NCBI GenBank assembly: GCA_965215885.1
Contig: CBDCEW010000105.1
Coordinates: 224,001 to 288,000, forward strand
DNA length: 64,000 bases
Reading direction: 5' to 3'
Origin: Candidatus Moanibacter sp.
GTDB lineage: Bacteria > Verrucomicrobiota > Verrucomicrobiia > Opitutales > UBA2987
Below, in pieces: positions 49,987 to 59,323 of this stretch; position 1 is the stretch's first letter; each line of letters starts with the position of its first letter. The notes beneath the pieces are model-generated. The model did not search any database. It saw only the letters and a program-made list of their open reading frames with translations, and was not told the origin of the DNA. The position numbers and the translations under genes are program-made.

Positions 49987-50991
49987 ATGAAAAGAAATAA
50001 AATCAGTGGTCTCAGATTAGGTCGCATTATTGAGATCTCTCTGGCTTTGACCCTAATAGGCTGTGACAGTCGCGACAAAGTTTTTTTCTCCAATCAATCT
50101 GCCCATGAGATCGGCTTACTCGTTGATGCGGCCGATGGGGCGGGAGATTTTAACAGCCGACAGTTCAAAACTACGGACTCTGTATTTGTATTCGCCGACG
50201 ATTTAACGGGAAAAAGCATTGGACCGGGTGAGGTTGTGGCTTTTAACAAACGTCGCCCGCCGTTCGCCAGAAATCCCGTCGACTGGCACAAAGGGGCAGA
50301 TCTAGTTTCCATTCCCTTTGATGACGAATACGTTTTGAATTACACGATTTGGATTGTCGATGTGAACTGGGCAAACACGGTGACGAATCGGACCAACGAA
50401 ACATTGGATCAGCTCGCATACGCTGGGGAGCTATTTAAATCCGAGGGTGTTGGGCTTCTGAACGGGGACGTCCGGGTCGTTGACGCCACGGGAGACCCTG
50501 ATGCGAAGGACCTACGAGACTGCGACGTCTGCGGACCAAACTATAGCGCCAGCCTCATGAACCGGATCGGTTTTGACAACGGATTGATCAATATTTACCT
50601 CACGCGAAAAGTACTAGGCAGTAGATATAATGGCGCTGCACTTATTGGCGGAGACCAGATCCTCATGGGGATGTATGCAGGTAGCGAGGACATCCTAGTA
50701 CATGAGATCGCTCATTGTTTTACCCTCGAACATACAAACGACCTCAACGACCATTTTGACAGCAAAAATGTCCTCCAGTCGGGTGGGAATATATTCACTA
50801 AAGGTAAGTACTTCACGGAAGGGCAGATCTTCCGGATTCATTTCGAGCCGACGAGTGCCATCAACGATACTTACAGCGCGCGGTCGGGCCTTTACACCGC
50901 ATTCTGCTTTCATTCGGTATCCCCAACGATTACCTGCCCAAGAGTTCAGAAGCGGATATGGAATGACGGTTCCGACTGGCCGGCGAATTAA
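49987..50991 (+). CDS. Lipoprotein, putative zinc metalloprotease (metzincin-like)
   Basis: Lipobox LIG-C; INIY; HEIAHCFTLEH zinc-binding motif. Confidence 0.7.
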   Translation: MKRNKISGLRLGRIIEISLALTLIGCDSRDKVFFSNQSAHEIGLLVDAADGAGDFNSRQFKTTDSVFVFADDLTGKSIGPGEVVAFNKRRPPFARNPVDWHKGADLVSIPFDDEYVLNYTIWIVDVNWANTVTNRTNETLDQLAYAGELFKSEGVGLLNGDVRVVDATGDPDAKDLRDCDVCGPNYSASLMNRIGFDNGLINIYLTRKVLGSRYNGAALIGGDQILMGMYAGSEDILVHEIAHCFTLEHTNDLNDHFDSKNVLQSGGNIFTKGKYFTEGQIFRIHFEPTSAINDTYSARSGLYTAFCFHSVSPTITCPRVQKRIWNDGSDWPAN

Positions 50992-51020
50992 CTCTATCAT
51001 TCACCAAAAAAATAAGCATC

Positions 51021-51554
51021 ATGCAAAAGCGATCTCCACTAGCAGCTCTTACAATTCTTACCTGCTCCATCTCGTTGAGCGGGCAGCACGGTGAGGAAAA
51101 TCCTCCAGCAGATTTATCTGTCATGAACAGATTCCTGGGAAACACCTGCTTCGATGAAATAATCAGTAAGCGATTGCATAAAGAATTAATCACGAATGCC
51201 CTGGAAGCTGAACCGTTTTTTATCAATCTCGTAGAAGACGGCCCTGGCGAAACAATGATTGAAAAGGAAAGGGCTCACCTAAAAGGAATCTATGAGATCC
51301 GAACGGCCTTCGATCGGAATAAATCCATAAAGGTCACCTATGAAGGCCCCGGATTTGAACAGGGGGCGCCAACTTTGCCAGATGAGAAAGAATACATTGA
51401 ATCAAAGCTCGCATCCTTCAAAAACAGAATAAGGGCAAGAGCGTTGGAAGGATTGGCGATCCTCGAAACCAAATCAAGTATTCGTTATGTGGAAGAGAAA
51501 GCGAATGACGATAATTTCCCGCTGAATGGATTGGCCGCTGACCTTTTGAAGTAA
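51021..51554 (+). CDS. Secreted hypothetical protein
   Basis: Signal peptide; 29 bp after the protease gene. Confidence 0.6.
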   Translation: MQKRSPLAALTILTCSISLSGQHGEENPPADLSVMNRFLGNTCFDEIISKRLHKELITNALEAEPFFINLVEDGPGETMIEKERAHLKGIYEIRTAFDRNKSIKVTYEGPGFEQGAPTLPDEKEYIESKLASFKNRIRARALEGLAILETKSSIRYVEEKANDDNFPLNGLAADLLK

Positions 51555-51637
51555 AGCCTTGGGGTCCGTGGACGCAGGTTAAAACCCCCACCTCAGCGGT
51601 TTCGCCGACAAAAAGCAAATTCATATCATATATCATA

Positions 51638-53671
51638 ATGCGTTACATGCTCGGCATTGATGTGGGCGGAACTTTCACCGACTTCGTCGCCTACGACAGC
51701 GAAACGAAGGCGATCGATGTGTGGAAGCGCTTGTCGGTCCCGCAAGATCCGGTCGCCGGAATCGAAGCGGGCCTCGAGCAGTTCGCCAACCCGCAAGCCA
51801 TCCGCAACGTCCGCCTTGGCACCACCGTCGCCACCAACGCCATTCTTGAGCGCAAGGGGGCGGTCGTCGCCTACGTGACGACCAGAGGCTTCCGGGACAT
51901 TCCGTTCATCCAGCGCGGCAACCGCAAGTTCCACTACGACATGAGCTGGATCAAGCCCAAGCCGCTTATGAAAAGACGCCATTGCTACGAGGTATCGGAG
52001 CGCGTCGATCGCTATGGCCAGATCGTCACCGCCCTCGATGAGCAGGAGGCGCGCGGAATCGCCAGACAGATTCACGAACTCGGTGAAATCGAGGCAGTGG
52101 CGATCATACTCTTGTTCTCCTATCTCAATCCGGCACACGAGTTGCGATTAAAGGAGATCTTCGCGGAGGAGGCCCCGGACTTGCCGGTGTCACTATCCTA
52201 CGAAGTGCTGCCCAAATGGAAAGAGTATGAGCGTGCCTGCACGACCATCGCCGACGCCTACCTGAAACCGGTGGTCGGTCGCCAGCTCGAATCGATGCGC
52301 ACGCGATTGGGCACGAAAGGTCTGGGCGACAATCTCGTCATGATCAAGTCGAACGGCGGCGAGATGACGCTCGCCGCCGCCGCCGCCGCCCCTGTCAACC
52401 TGATGGTGTCGGGGCCCACCGGTGGCGTCGTTGCCGGCAAGCGCCTGGCCAATCTCCTCGAGGTCCAGTCGATGGTCACTATCGACATGGGCGGGACCTC
52501 GACTGACGTGTCGACGATCACCGGTGGCCGGGAAAGCTTCACGACCGCGTTCGAGATCGAGTGGGGCGTGCCCATTCAGATACCAATGATCGACATCCGC
52601 ACGATCGGCGCCGGCGGAGGATCAATCGCGTGGATCGACAAGGGCGGCATGCTCCGGGTGGGGCCGCGGAGCGCCGGGGCCGATCCGGGACCCGCGTGCT
52701 ACCGCACGGGCGGGACGGAGCCGACGGTAACCGACGCCAATTTAGTGCTCGGTCGGATCAATCCCGATAACTTCCTCGGCGGCACAATGGCGCTAGACCC
52801 CTATGAAGCACACCATGCGGTCGAGGCGGTCGGCCGGAGCCTGGGCCAGTCCGTCGACGAGACCGCTATGGCGGTCGTACGCATCGCCAACAACAACATG
52901 GTGGGTGCACTGCGCAGCGTGCTCATCGAGCGGGGCCTCGATCCGCGCGATTTCACTCTGCTCGCCTTTGGGGGAGCGGGACCCTTGCACGCCGGCGAGT
53001 TGATCGTAGAAATGGGTATCCCCACCGCCATCATCCCGAATCACCCTGGGCAGTTCTCCGCCTACGGCTTCATCCAGGCGGACGCCCGGGTCGATCGCCA
53101 GCGGACCACCCAATTGACTTCCCAGCGTTTCGACCCCGCGATTGCCAACCAGGTCTTGCGCGAGCTCGTTGCCGGATGCGTGGCCGATCTTGAGCAGCAA
53201 GGCTACGTCGACAACATTCAGGTGACCCGCGCTCTGGAAATGCGATATCTGGGGCAAAACTATGAGCTCGAGCTGCCCATCGATTTCGAAACGTTCACGG
53301 CGGAGATCACCCCCACCGTTTGGCAGGCATTTCACGACTCGCACAAGGCGCGCTTCGGCTTCAGCATCCCTGGCCAGAACATTGAAATCGTCAACTATCT
53401 CGCCACCGCGGTGTCGATTACTCCCAAACCCGAATTTCGGACGATCGATCCCGCCAATGGCGCTGCTCCGCGGGAACGGGAGCGCCGCTCGGTAGGTTAC
53501 ATCGACGGCCGCTTCGACGTGCCGATCTTTCGGCGCGAGGACTTGAAGGCCGGCCACCGGATCGACGGACCCGCCGTGATCGAAGAACCCGCTTCTGTGA
53601 CCGTCATCGGCCCGGGCCAGGACGTCCGCGTCGGTGTGTTCGGCCAACTCCACATCGCCACCACTACCTGA
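51638..53671 (+). CDS. hyuA: Hydantoinase A/5-oxoprolinase family, ATP-binding subunit
   Basis: GIDVGGTFTD, GTTVATNA, DMGGTSTDV, GAGGGSIA, PTVTDAN and FGGAG motifs. Symbol is family-level only. Confidence 0.93.
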   Translation: MRYMLGIDVGGTFTDFVAYDSETKAIDVWKRLSVPQDPVAGIEAGLEQFANPQAIRNVRLGTTVATNAILERKGAVVAYVTTRGFRDIPFIQRGNRKFHYDMSWIKPKPLMKRRHCYEVSERVDRYGQIVTALDEQEARGIARQIHELGEIEAVAIILLFSYLNPAHELRLKEIFAEEAPDLPVSLSYEVLPKWKEYERACTTIADAYLKPVVGRQLESMRTRLGTKGLGDNLVMIKSNGGEMTLAAAAAAPVNLMVSGPTGGVVAGKRLANLLEVQSMVTIDMGGTSTDVSTITGGRESFTTAFEIEWGVPIQIPMIDIRTIGAGGGSIAWIDKGGMLRVGPRSAGADPGPACYRTGGTEPTVTDANLVLGRINPDNFLGGTMALDPYEAHHAVEAVGRSLGQSVDETAMAVVRIANNNMVGALRSVLIERGLDPRDFTLLAFGGAGPLHAGELIVEMGIPTAIIPNHPGQFSAYGFIQADARVDRQRTTQLTSQRFDPAIANQVLRELVAGCVADLEQQGYVDNIQVTRALEMRYLGQNYELELPIDFETFTAEITPTVWQAFHDSHKARFGFSIPGQNIEIVNYLATAVSITPKPEFRTIDPANGAAPRERERRSVGYIDGRFDVPIFRREDLKAGHRIDGPAVIEEPASVTVIGPGQDVRVGVFGQLHIATTT

Positions 53672-53723
53672 TTGCGGACCGATACCCAATGTTTCAAAAA
53701 TTCGAGAAGTGATGAAGTGAACC

Positions 53724-55646
53724 ATGCGTTTTTCTGAGAACGGCTACTACATCGAGCGCTACGTCAAGTGCGCCAATTGCGGTCTGTTGATTTACGACGA
53801 AGGCATCAGCGCGCAGCGCAATGGCCCATCCCAGGTGTTCTGCTCGGACTGGTGCGTCCAGTGGTCCCAACGACGCCAGTCCGAGGAGGGTTACTTCCAG
53901 CTCAAGATCGAGCAGCCCGCCGTCGCTGACATCGACAAGAAGTCGGCGTCAGCCATGGACATGGTGACGATGAACATCATCGACTCCTCCATGGTATCGC
54001 TCTGCCGCGAGATGGGCATCCTGTTGATGAAGACGTCTTACTCGACGATTTTCAACGAGGGCCTCGACTTCACCTGTGCGCTCGCCGACATCAAAGGCGA
54101 CATGATCGCGTGCGCGGAGTTTTGCCCAACCATGATCGGCGGCATGCCGCTTCTGATCAAAACCTGCGCTCAGGAGATCCCATTCGACACGATCGACGAA
54201 GGTGACGTTATCGTCCACAACGATCCTTATCGCGGCGGCCTGCATGTGCCGGAACACACCTTTTTCAAGCCCTTCTTCGTCGATGGTGAACTCCAGGGAT
54301 TCGCGGTCTGCATCGGCCACATCGCGGAGATCGGCGGCAGCGTGCCCGGGGCGTTCTGCGGCGAAGCAACTGAGATCTTCCACGAGGGCCTGCGCATCCC
54401 CCCCGTCAAAATCAAGAAGAAAGATGTCGACGTCGACGAGGTGTGGAAGCTGATGCTGGCCAATGTCCGCACCCCCCGCCAGAACTACGGAGATCTGCGT
54501 GCGATGATTGGCGCCGTCGATCTCGGGGTTGAGCGCGCCATCGATCTCATCAGGAAGTACGGCAGGGACGTGTTCAAGCAAGCCTGCGAGGATCTCAAGG
54601 ACTATTCCGAGCGGCGCATGCGCGCCGAGCTCGCCGGCTTCCCCGACGGCAAGTACGACTTCGAAGACGTCATCGAGAACGACGGCATCGAGGACACGCC
54701 ATACTACGTTCGCACCGAGATCTTCGTGCAGGGCGACGAGGTGGTGGCGGACTTCCGCCGCAGCTCCAGGCAGGCCAAGGGGCCGATCAACGCCACCCTG
54801 GGCGTGACCATCGGCGCCACCTACAACGGACTGCTCCACCTGACCGATCCCTCTATTCCCAAGAACTCCGGCTGTTTCCGGCCGATCCGGGTTGTGTCGC
54901 CGCCGGCCCTCGTGACCAACGTCGACTATCCCGGCCCCCTCGTGGCAGGCAACACCGAGACTCACCCGCGTCTCGCCAATATCGTGATCGGTGCCCTCTC
55001 CTCCTGTATTCCCGAGCGCGCCATGGCGTCGGAGAGCTGCACGGGCACGAACTTCGTCTTCGGCGGCAACCACCCGGACGACGACGAGTATTTCGCCTGC
55101 TACGACATCATGTCCGGTGGTTGGGGAGGCCGCTTCGGCCACGACGGCAACGACTGTGTCATCGCGATCAACGGCAATTGCCGTTTCAACCCGACCGAAG
55201 TGTTCGAAACCCGGTTTCCCCTGCGGGTCGAGAACTGCGAGATGGTGCAGGATTCGGGCGGGCCAGGAAAATTTCGCGGCGGACTTGGGTATCGCCGCAC
55301 CTTGCTCGCGGTTGTCGAAATCACCGGCAGTCAGTGCAGCGACCACCATCAAGTGAAACCGTTCGCCCTCTTTGGCGGCATTCCCGGTGGCACTGGAGGG
55401 ACCCTAATTCAGAAAGCCGGTTCGAACGAGTGGAAAACGGTTAAGGAGCTCTACGGCAAAGTCTCGACCAGCAAGTTCGCCGGTGTCCGCTTCGAGCCGG
55501 GAGATCGCATCCTGCTCACCGCGCCCGGAGGCGGTGGCTACGGCGATCCGAAAGATCGCGCTCCGGAATTGATCGAAGAGGATCTGCGTGAGGGGTACAT
55601 CTCGAAGGAGAGCGCCCGGCGCAACTATGACTATGATCCACCATAA
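53724..55646 (+). CDS. hyuB: Hydantoinase B/oxoprolinase family with N-terminal Cys4 (TRASH/YHS-like) finger
   Basis: NDPYRGGLH, H..EIGG..PG, EG..IPP, DSGG.G.FRGG.G and PGGGGYGDP motifs; N-terminal CANC..CSDWC. Symbol is family-level only. Confidence 0.92.
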   Translation: MRFSENGYYIERYVKCANCGLLIYDEGISAQRNGPSQVFCSDWCVQWSQRRQSEEGYFQLKIEQPAVADIDKKSASAMDMVTMNIIDSSMVSLCREMGILLMKTSYSTIFNEGLDFTCALADIKGDMIACAEFCPTMIGGMPLLIKTCAQEIPFDTIDEGDVIVHNDPYRGGLHVPEHTFFKPFFVDGELQGFAVCIGHIAEIGGSVPGAFCGEATEIFHEGLRIPPVKIKKKDVDVDEVWKLMLANVRTPRQNYGDLRAMIGAVDLGVERAIDLIRKYGRDVFKQACEDLKDYSERRMRAELAGFPDGKYDFEDVIENDGIEDTPYYVRTEIFVQGDEVVADFRRSSRQAKGPINATLGVTIGATYNGLLHLTDPSIPKNSGCFRPIRVVSPPALVTNVDYPGPLVAGNTETHPRLANIVIGALSSCIPERAMASESCTGTNFVFGGNHPDDDEYFACYDIMSGGWGGRFGHDGNDCVIAINGNCRFNPTEVFETRFPLRVENCEMVQDSGGPGKFRGGLGYRRTLLAVVEITGSQCSDHHQVKPFALFGGIPGGTGGTLIQKAGSNEWKTVKELYGKVSTSKFAGVRFEPGDRILLTAPGGGGYGDPKDRAPELIEEDLREGYISKESARRNYDYDPP

Positions 55647-55682
55647 AGGATTGATCAGATTTCTCACCTCCCATCGTGCCTC

Positions 55683-55873
55683 CTAGCCCGGACATTTCAC
55701 ACACTTCGTAGCGAGAGTGCGTAGATTGCTGCGTATCAAAGCTTTTCCGCAGCACGCCGGGCGATCCCGGCGTGCCGGGATTGGAACCCTCTGAGGTCGG
55801 CGGGCAAGGGAACGCTTTGATACGCAGTGAGATCCGCGGTCGTAGTAGAGGGTTTGTGACATGTTCGGGCTAG
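55683..55873. mobile_element. MITE-like non-coding element (~190 bp)
   Basis: Ends CTAGCCCGGACATTTCACACAC / GTTTGTGACATGTTCGGGCTAG (19 of 22 complementary); internal inverted repeat CTGCGTATCAAAGC / GCTTTGATACGCAG. Confidence 0.72.
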
Positions 55874-55887
55874 CCCATTCGGCGGTC

Positions 55888-56325
55888 TCATTCCTCGTCG
55901 TATTCACCGTACTGCTTAGGGTTTGGCCCGATTCGCTCGACAACACGAGGGTACTTCGCTCCGGCTTCCGGTTTCACGGACTTCCTCCGGCTCTTTCTGA
56001 TCTCAAAATACCAGTCATCTCCAAAATCAAAGTGATAATACAGCTTGCAGCTCTTGGGGAGGGGATAGGCTTGTTTCAGCGTGATCTCTTCCAATGCGTC
56101 CGCCTGGTATTCCCAATCAACGAAATTAGCAAACATCAACTTGCGATGGCGCTGGTTCCGCCCAGCGAAGAACTCAAATAAATGGTCGTAATCGAAAGCG
56201 ACACTGTCCTGAATCGCAGCATGCAGGCCCAGAAGAGATGCCCTTTCGTCAATCTCTATCACGCGAACGCAGTCCTCCTCAAGGTGCATCCCCCAAACAC
56301 ATTCGACTCGTAAAGTAATGATCAT
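55888..56325 (-). CDS. Plasmid pRiA4b ORF-3 / IS1096 passenger-like protein
   Basis: L..LH.AIQ...FD.DHLFEF and Y.FDFGD.W..YP....G..P.QY motifs; start placed at ATG 56325. Confidence 0.82.
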   Translation of the reverse strand: MIITLRVECVWGMHLEEDCVRVIEIDERASLLGLHAAIQDSVAFDYDHLFEFFAGRNQRHRKLMFANFVDWEYQADALEEITLKQAYPLPKSCKLYYHFDFGDDWYFEIRKSRRKSVKPEAGAKYPRVVERIGPNPKQYGEYDEE

Positions 56326-56414
56326 CTGCTCGGTCTCTTTGTCGTGTTGGCGCCCCAATGCAGCGCTCACCAATTTACGGCTGGACCATAGCAAGCCCTT
56401 TACCTCCATAGCAA

Positions 56415-58331
56415 GACCCCATTCGAAAAGCCTTTCGAGCGGGCGGTTTAAGGTTCTCCGCCACGGGCGGACCAGCCTATGGCTGGCAGGTTTCGGGTTT
56501 TAGGCTGCCGGCGCTGCCGATGAGCAGGTATTGAGCGGCCATCGGCGTGGCTTGCTGCACAATACGTATATTTGCCGCTGTCTGGAGGCATACTCATCCC
56601 GTGGTGCTTTTTTCTCTGAGCTTCAAAGCGGTCAGATTCAGGCTGCCTGTTCCAGTTCCTCCCCTCGGCGTTTCTTCATCAGTATGATGCGGCAGAAGTT
56701 GTAGGCCAGAACCTTCTCGAGCAGTTCATCGCCTACCGCATCGATGCCGCGGCGGCCGAGTTCGCCAAAGGCAAATCCATCTTTAATCGTGAACATCAGC
56801 GACTCCACTGCGGAGCGATCGCGGCGTGCCTCGCGATACGCCTCGCTCTCCCAGTCCTCGGGGGTGGTCAACTTCTTGCCCTTCGCCCCACTGATACTGA
56901 TCTGCTTTACCCCCATGCTCAGCACCTCCTTGCGTCCCTTCGCCGAAGCATATCCGTCATCGGTGCTGACCAGTTCAGCAATGACACCGGTGCGCTTGAT
57001 CGAATCGCCGATGGCCGGCGCCAGCTCAATGGAGTCTGCCGCGTTGCCTTGCGGTACGATCAGGCTGGTGACAAAACCGTTTTCGCTGCGAACCAGTTGT
57101 GGCTTGTACCCGATCACTGGATTGCGGCTGCCCTTCTTGATGTAGGCCGCCGATCCGTCCGAGAGGCTCAGGACCTTCTGTGTGGACGGTAGCTTCTTTT
57201 CGTGAAACACCCGATCATGAGCATACTCAACAACCCGCTTGGCGTCGGCAATATCGCCCCTGATCTGGCTCAATGCCCGCTCCAGAAGCTCCCGGCGAGT
57301 GGGAGGCAGTGAATCCATCGACAGGCCCTCTTCAAGATGGCTCAGTTCCCCCGTTAGTGAGTCGGCCGCCTTGCGGCCCCGCTTGAGCAACCGCCGGTAG
57401 TGTTTCTTCAGCTTGCCCTTCGACTTCGGTTTGCCCGCGGCCAGACAAATCTGAAACTCCAGCTTGTCCATTTCCTCCAGCCAACGCCCAACCCATCCCT
57501 TGCGAAAATCCTCCAGCCCGAAGACATGCAACTTCTGACCCAAACGATTGGCCCGCATCAAAAGACCGCTCAGAATCTTCCCATCGGTGGGCCAGCAGCT
57601 GTTTGCTTTCACCGAGGTGCTGTCGATCGTCAGCTTCCCGAAATCGTCCCATTGCTCCTGGAGGATAAACCCAATCTGTTTATCAAAGATCAACTCGCGG
57701 GTCGTATGGCTGACCAGGTTCACGTTCTCCAGAATCGTCGTCACCGCCGGCATTCTCAGTCCCCCGCTCTGCAAAAATCCGTACAAGCTCATCGACTCGC
57801 GCACAAACCGCCGTGCCGGTTTCGTGGTCAACGAACCCAGAAACCCTCGAAGCATCACGAACACGTATACCGCATAAGCCGGCATCCGCGGCCGGCCTGC
57901 CCCAAGATTCAATTCAGCAGCCAGAATATTCTCCTCCTCGATGTCCAGCTCCGGCAGCTCCGCTGTGCGCCCTTCAAAGAACCTGCGATCTTCCAATCGA
58001 AGTTTCTTCTTCTCACGCGCATGGGCGTCCAGATCCTTCTCGATCGCCTCGATGATTTGCGCCGCGAACCCGGCCAATTCTTCAACTTCATCCAGAAAAT
58101 CACGGAAATCCGTGTCTGGAACCGGCAGAATGAGGTTGCTAAGGGGCGTCTTATCGCTTTTGTTCTCCTCTGTCGCACATGTTGGCATGTTTAACTCCTT
58201 TCTTAATCTTAGGTTGTTAAACACTAGCATGTTGCGACACTTTTTATCAAGCCAAAAAATGATTTTTCTCAAGTTTTTCTTGCGCCTTTTGCGCCTCTTT
58301 GCGGCCAATCAGTAGCTTTTCGGATAAGGTC
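56415..58331 (-). mobile_element. IS copy 4
   Basis: Same terminal repeats; 6-bp duplication TAGCAA. Confidence 0.95.
56638..58188 (-). CDS. DDE transposase
   Basis: Near-identical to copies 1 and 2. Confidence 0.93.
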   Translation of the reverse strand: MPTCATEENKSDKTPLSNLILPVPDTDFRDFLDEVEELAGFAAQIIEAIEKDLDAHAREKKKLRLEDRRFFEGRTAELPELDIEEENILAAELNLGAGRPRMPAYAVYVFVMLRGFLGSLTTKPARRFVRESMSLYGFLQSGGLRMPAVTTILENVNLVSHTTRELIFDKQIGFILQEQWDDFGKLTIDSTSVKANSCWPTDGKILSGLLMRANRLGQKLHVFGLEDFRKGWVGRWLEEMDKLEFQICLAAGKPKSKGKLKKHYRRLLKRGRKAADSLTGELSHLEEGLSMDSLPPTRRELLERALSQIRGDIADAKRVVEYAHDRVFHEKKLPSTQKVLSLSDGSAAYIKKGSRNPVIGYKPQLVRSENGFVTSLIVPQGNAADSIELAPAIGDSIKRTGVIAELVSTDDGYASAKGRKEVLSMGVKQISISGAKGKKLTTPEDWESEAYREARRDRSAVESLMFTIKDGFAFGELGRRGIDAVGDELLEKVLAYNFCRIILMKKRRGEELEQAA

Positions 58332-58467
58332 TAGCAAGCGCAGCTTGCCACGGAGGTTGCTTCCGGAGGGGAATACGGAATGGTGATGCAGCGGCCTGCT
58401 TCCGCGGGGCGCGAGAGCGCAACGCGGGACGGTTCTCTTTCTCTTTTTTGGTTGCGGATACGCTGCG

Positions 58468-58537
58468 CTAGCCCGGACATTTCACACACTTCGCAGCGAG
58501 ACAGCGTAGATCGCTGCGTATCAGAGCCTTTCCGCAG
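58468..58537. repeat. Left-end fragment of the MITE-like element
   Basis: CTAGCCCGGACATTTCACACACTTCG..GCTGCGTATCA matches 55683 onward. Confidence 0.8.
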
Positions 58538-58795
58538 GTCGGCGGCGCTCCTACGTGAAGCAAGGCGGGACATTGAAAATCGCGGTGCGCCGTGACTATG
58601 GCCGCATCGACGCGCTCAGGGCCTTCGGTGGGTTTAGATTGCGGACTTCGATTGGATGTGACCTATAATCCATTCATCAGCAAACGAATCCCATAAATCG
58701 CAAGTATCATCGAAGGCCGAGAATGATGTGGGCATCGTGGAAAGCTGACGGTACAAACCCCATCGTTTCAAAAAAATCGAGGAGGGATGAAGAGC

Positions 58796-59012
58796 CGTTA
58801 CCAGAAAGCCGGCATGAAAACGGTGCTGCCAGCCGAGGCCTCGGCAAAGGTTGATTTTCGACTGGTGCCCGATCAGGAACCGGAGGATATCCTCTCGAAA
58901 CTCCGCACCCATCTCGACGCCTTCAGTAAGGTTGCTTCTCGATTGACTCCGCACCCATCTCGACGCGGAGGGATTCAACGATGTGGAAATCACAGCATTG
59001 GCCGCAGCCTCG
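58796..59012 (+). pseudogene. M20 peptidase dimerisation-domain fragment
   Basis: KTVLPAEASAKVDFRLVPDQ.PEDI..L..HLD; internal 21-bp duplication at 58900-58920 and 58946-58966. Confidence 0.75.
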
Positions 59013-59169
59013 GAGTGGTGGAAATCGATGTGCTCGACGGACAACAACGTCTTGTTGCCGTTGGCCGCGGCTGCTACGGGACTGCCCAGGGATGAGTCTT
59101 CATATTCAGCTTTGTCGTCAACTCTGTCGAGGTGTATTTGAAGGACGATCAACAACCGAAAGTCCCCAC

Positions 59170-59207
59170 TTCGACGTTCGATGTTGGGCGTTCGATGTTC
59201 GATGTTC
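59170..59207. repeat. Heptamer repeats (TTCGATG) x5
   Basis: ttcgacg ttcgatg ttgggcg ttcgatg ttcgatg. Confidence 0.8.
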
Positions 59208-59323
59208 TGTGGACACCCCGGCAAGTCGGGGCTCGGAACCCAGCGAAGCAAACCTCGTCGCGAACCTTGTCGTTCATTGAAGCAGGACGAAAGGCATCTT
59301 AGCTTCTCTAGAATATAAGCGAG

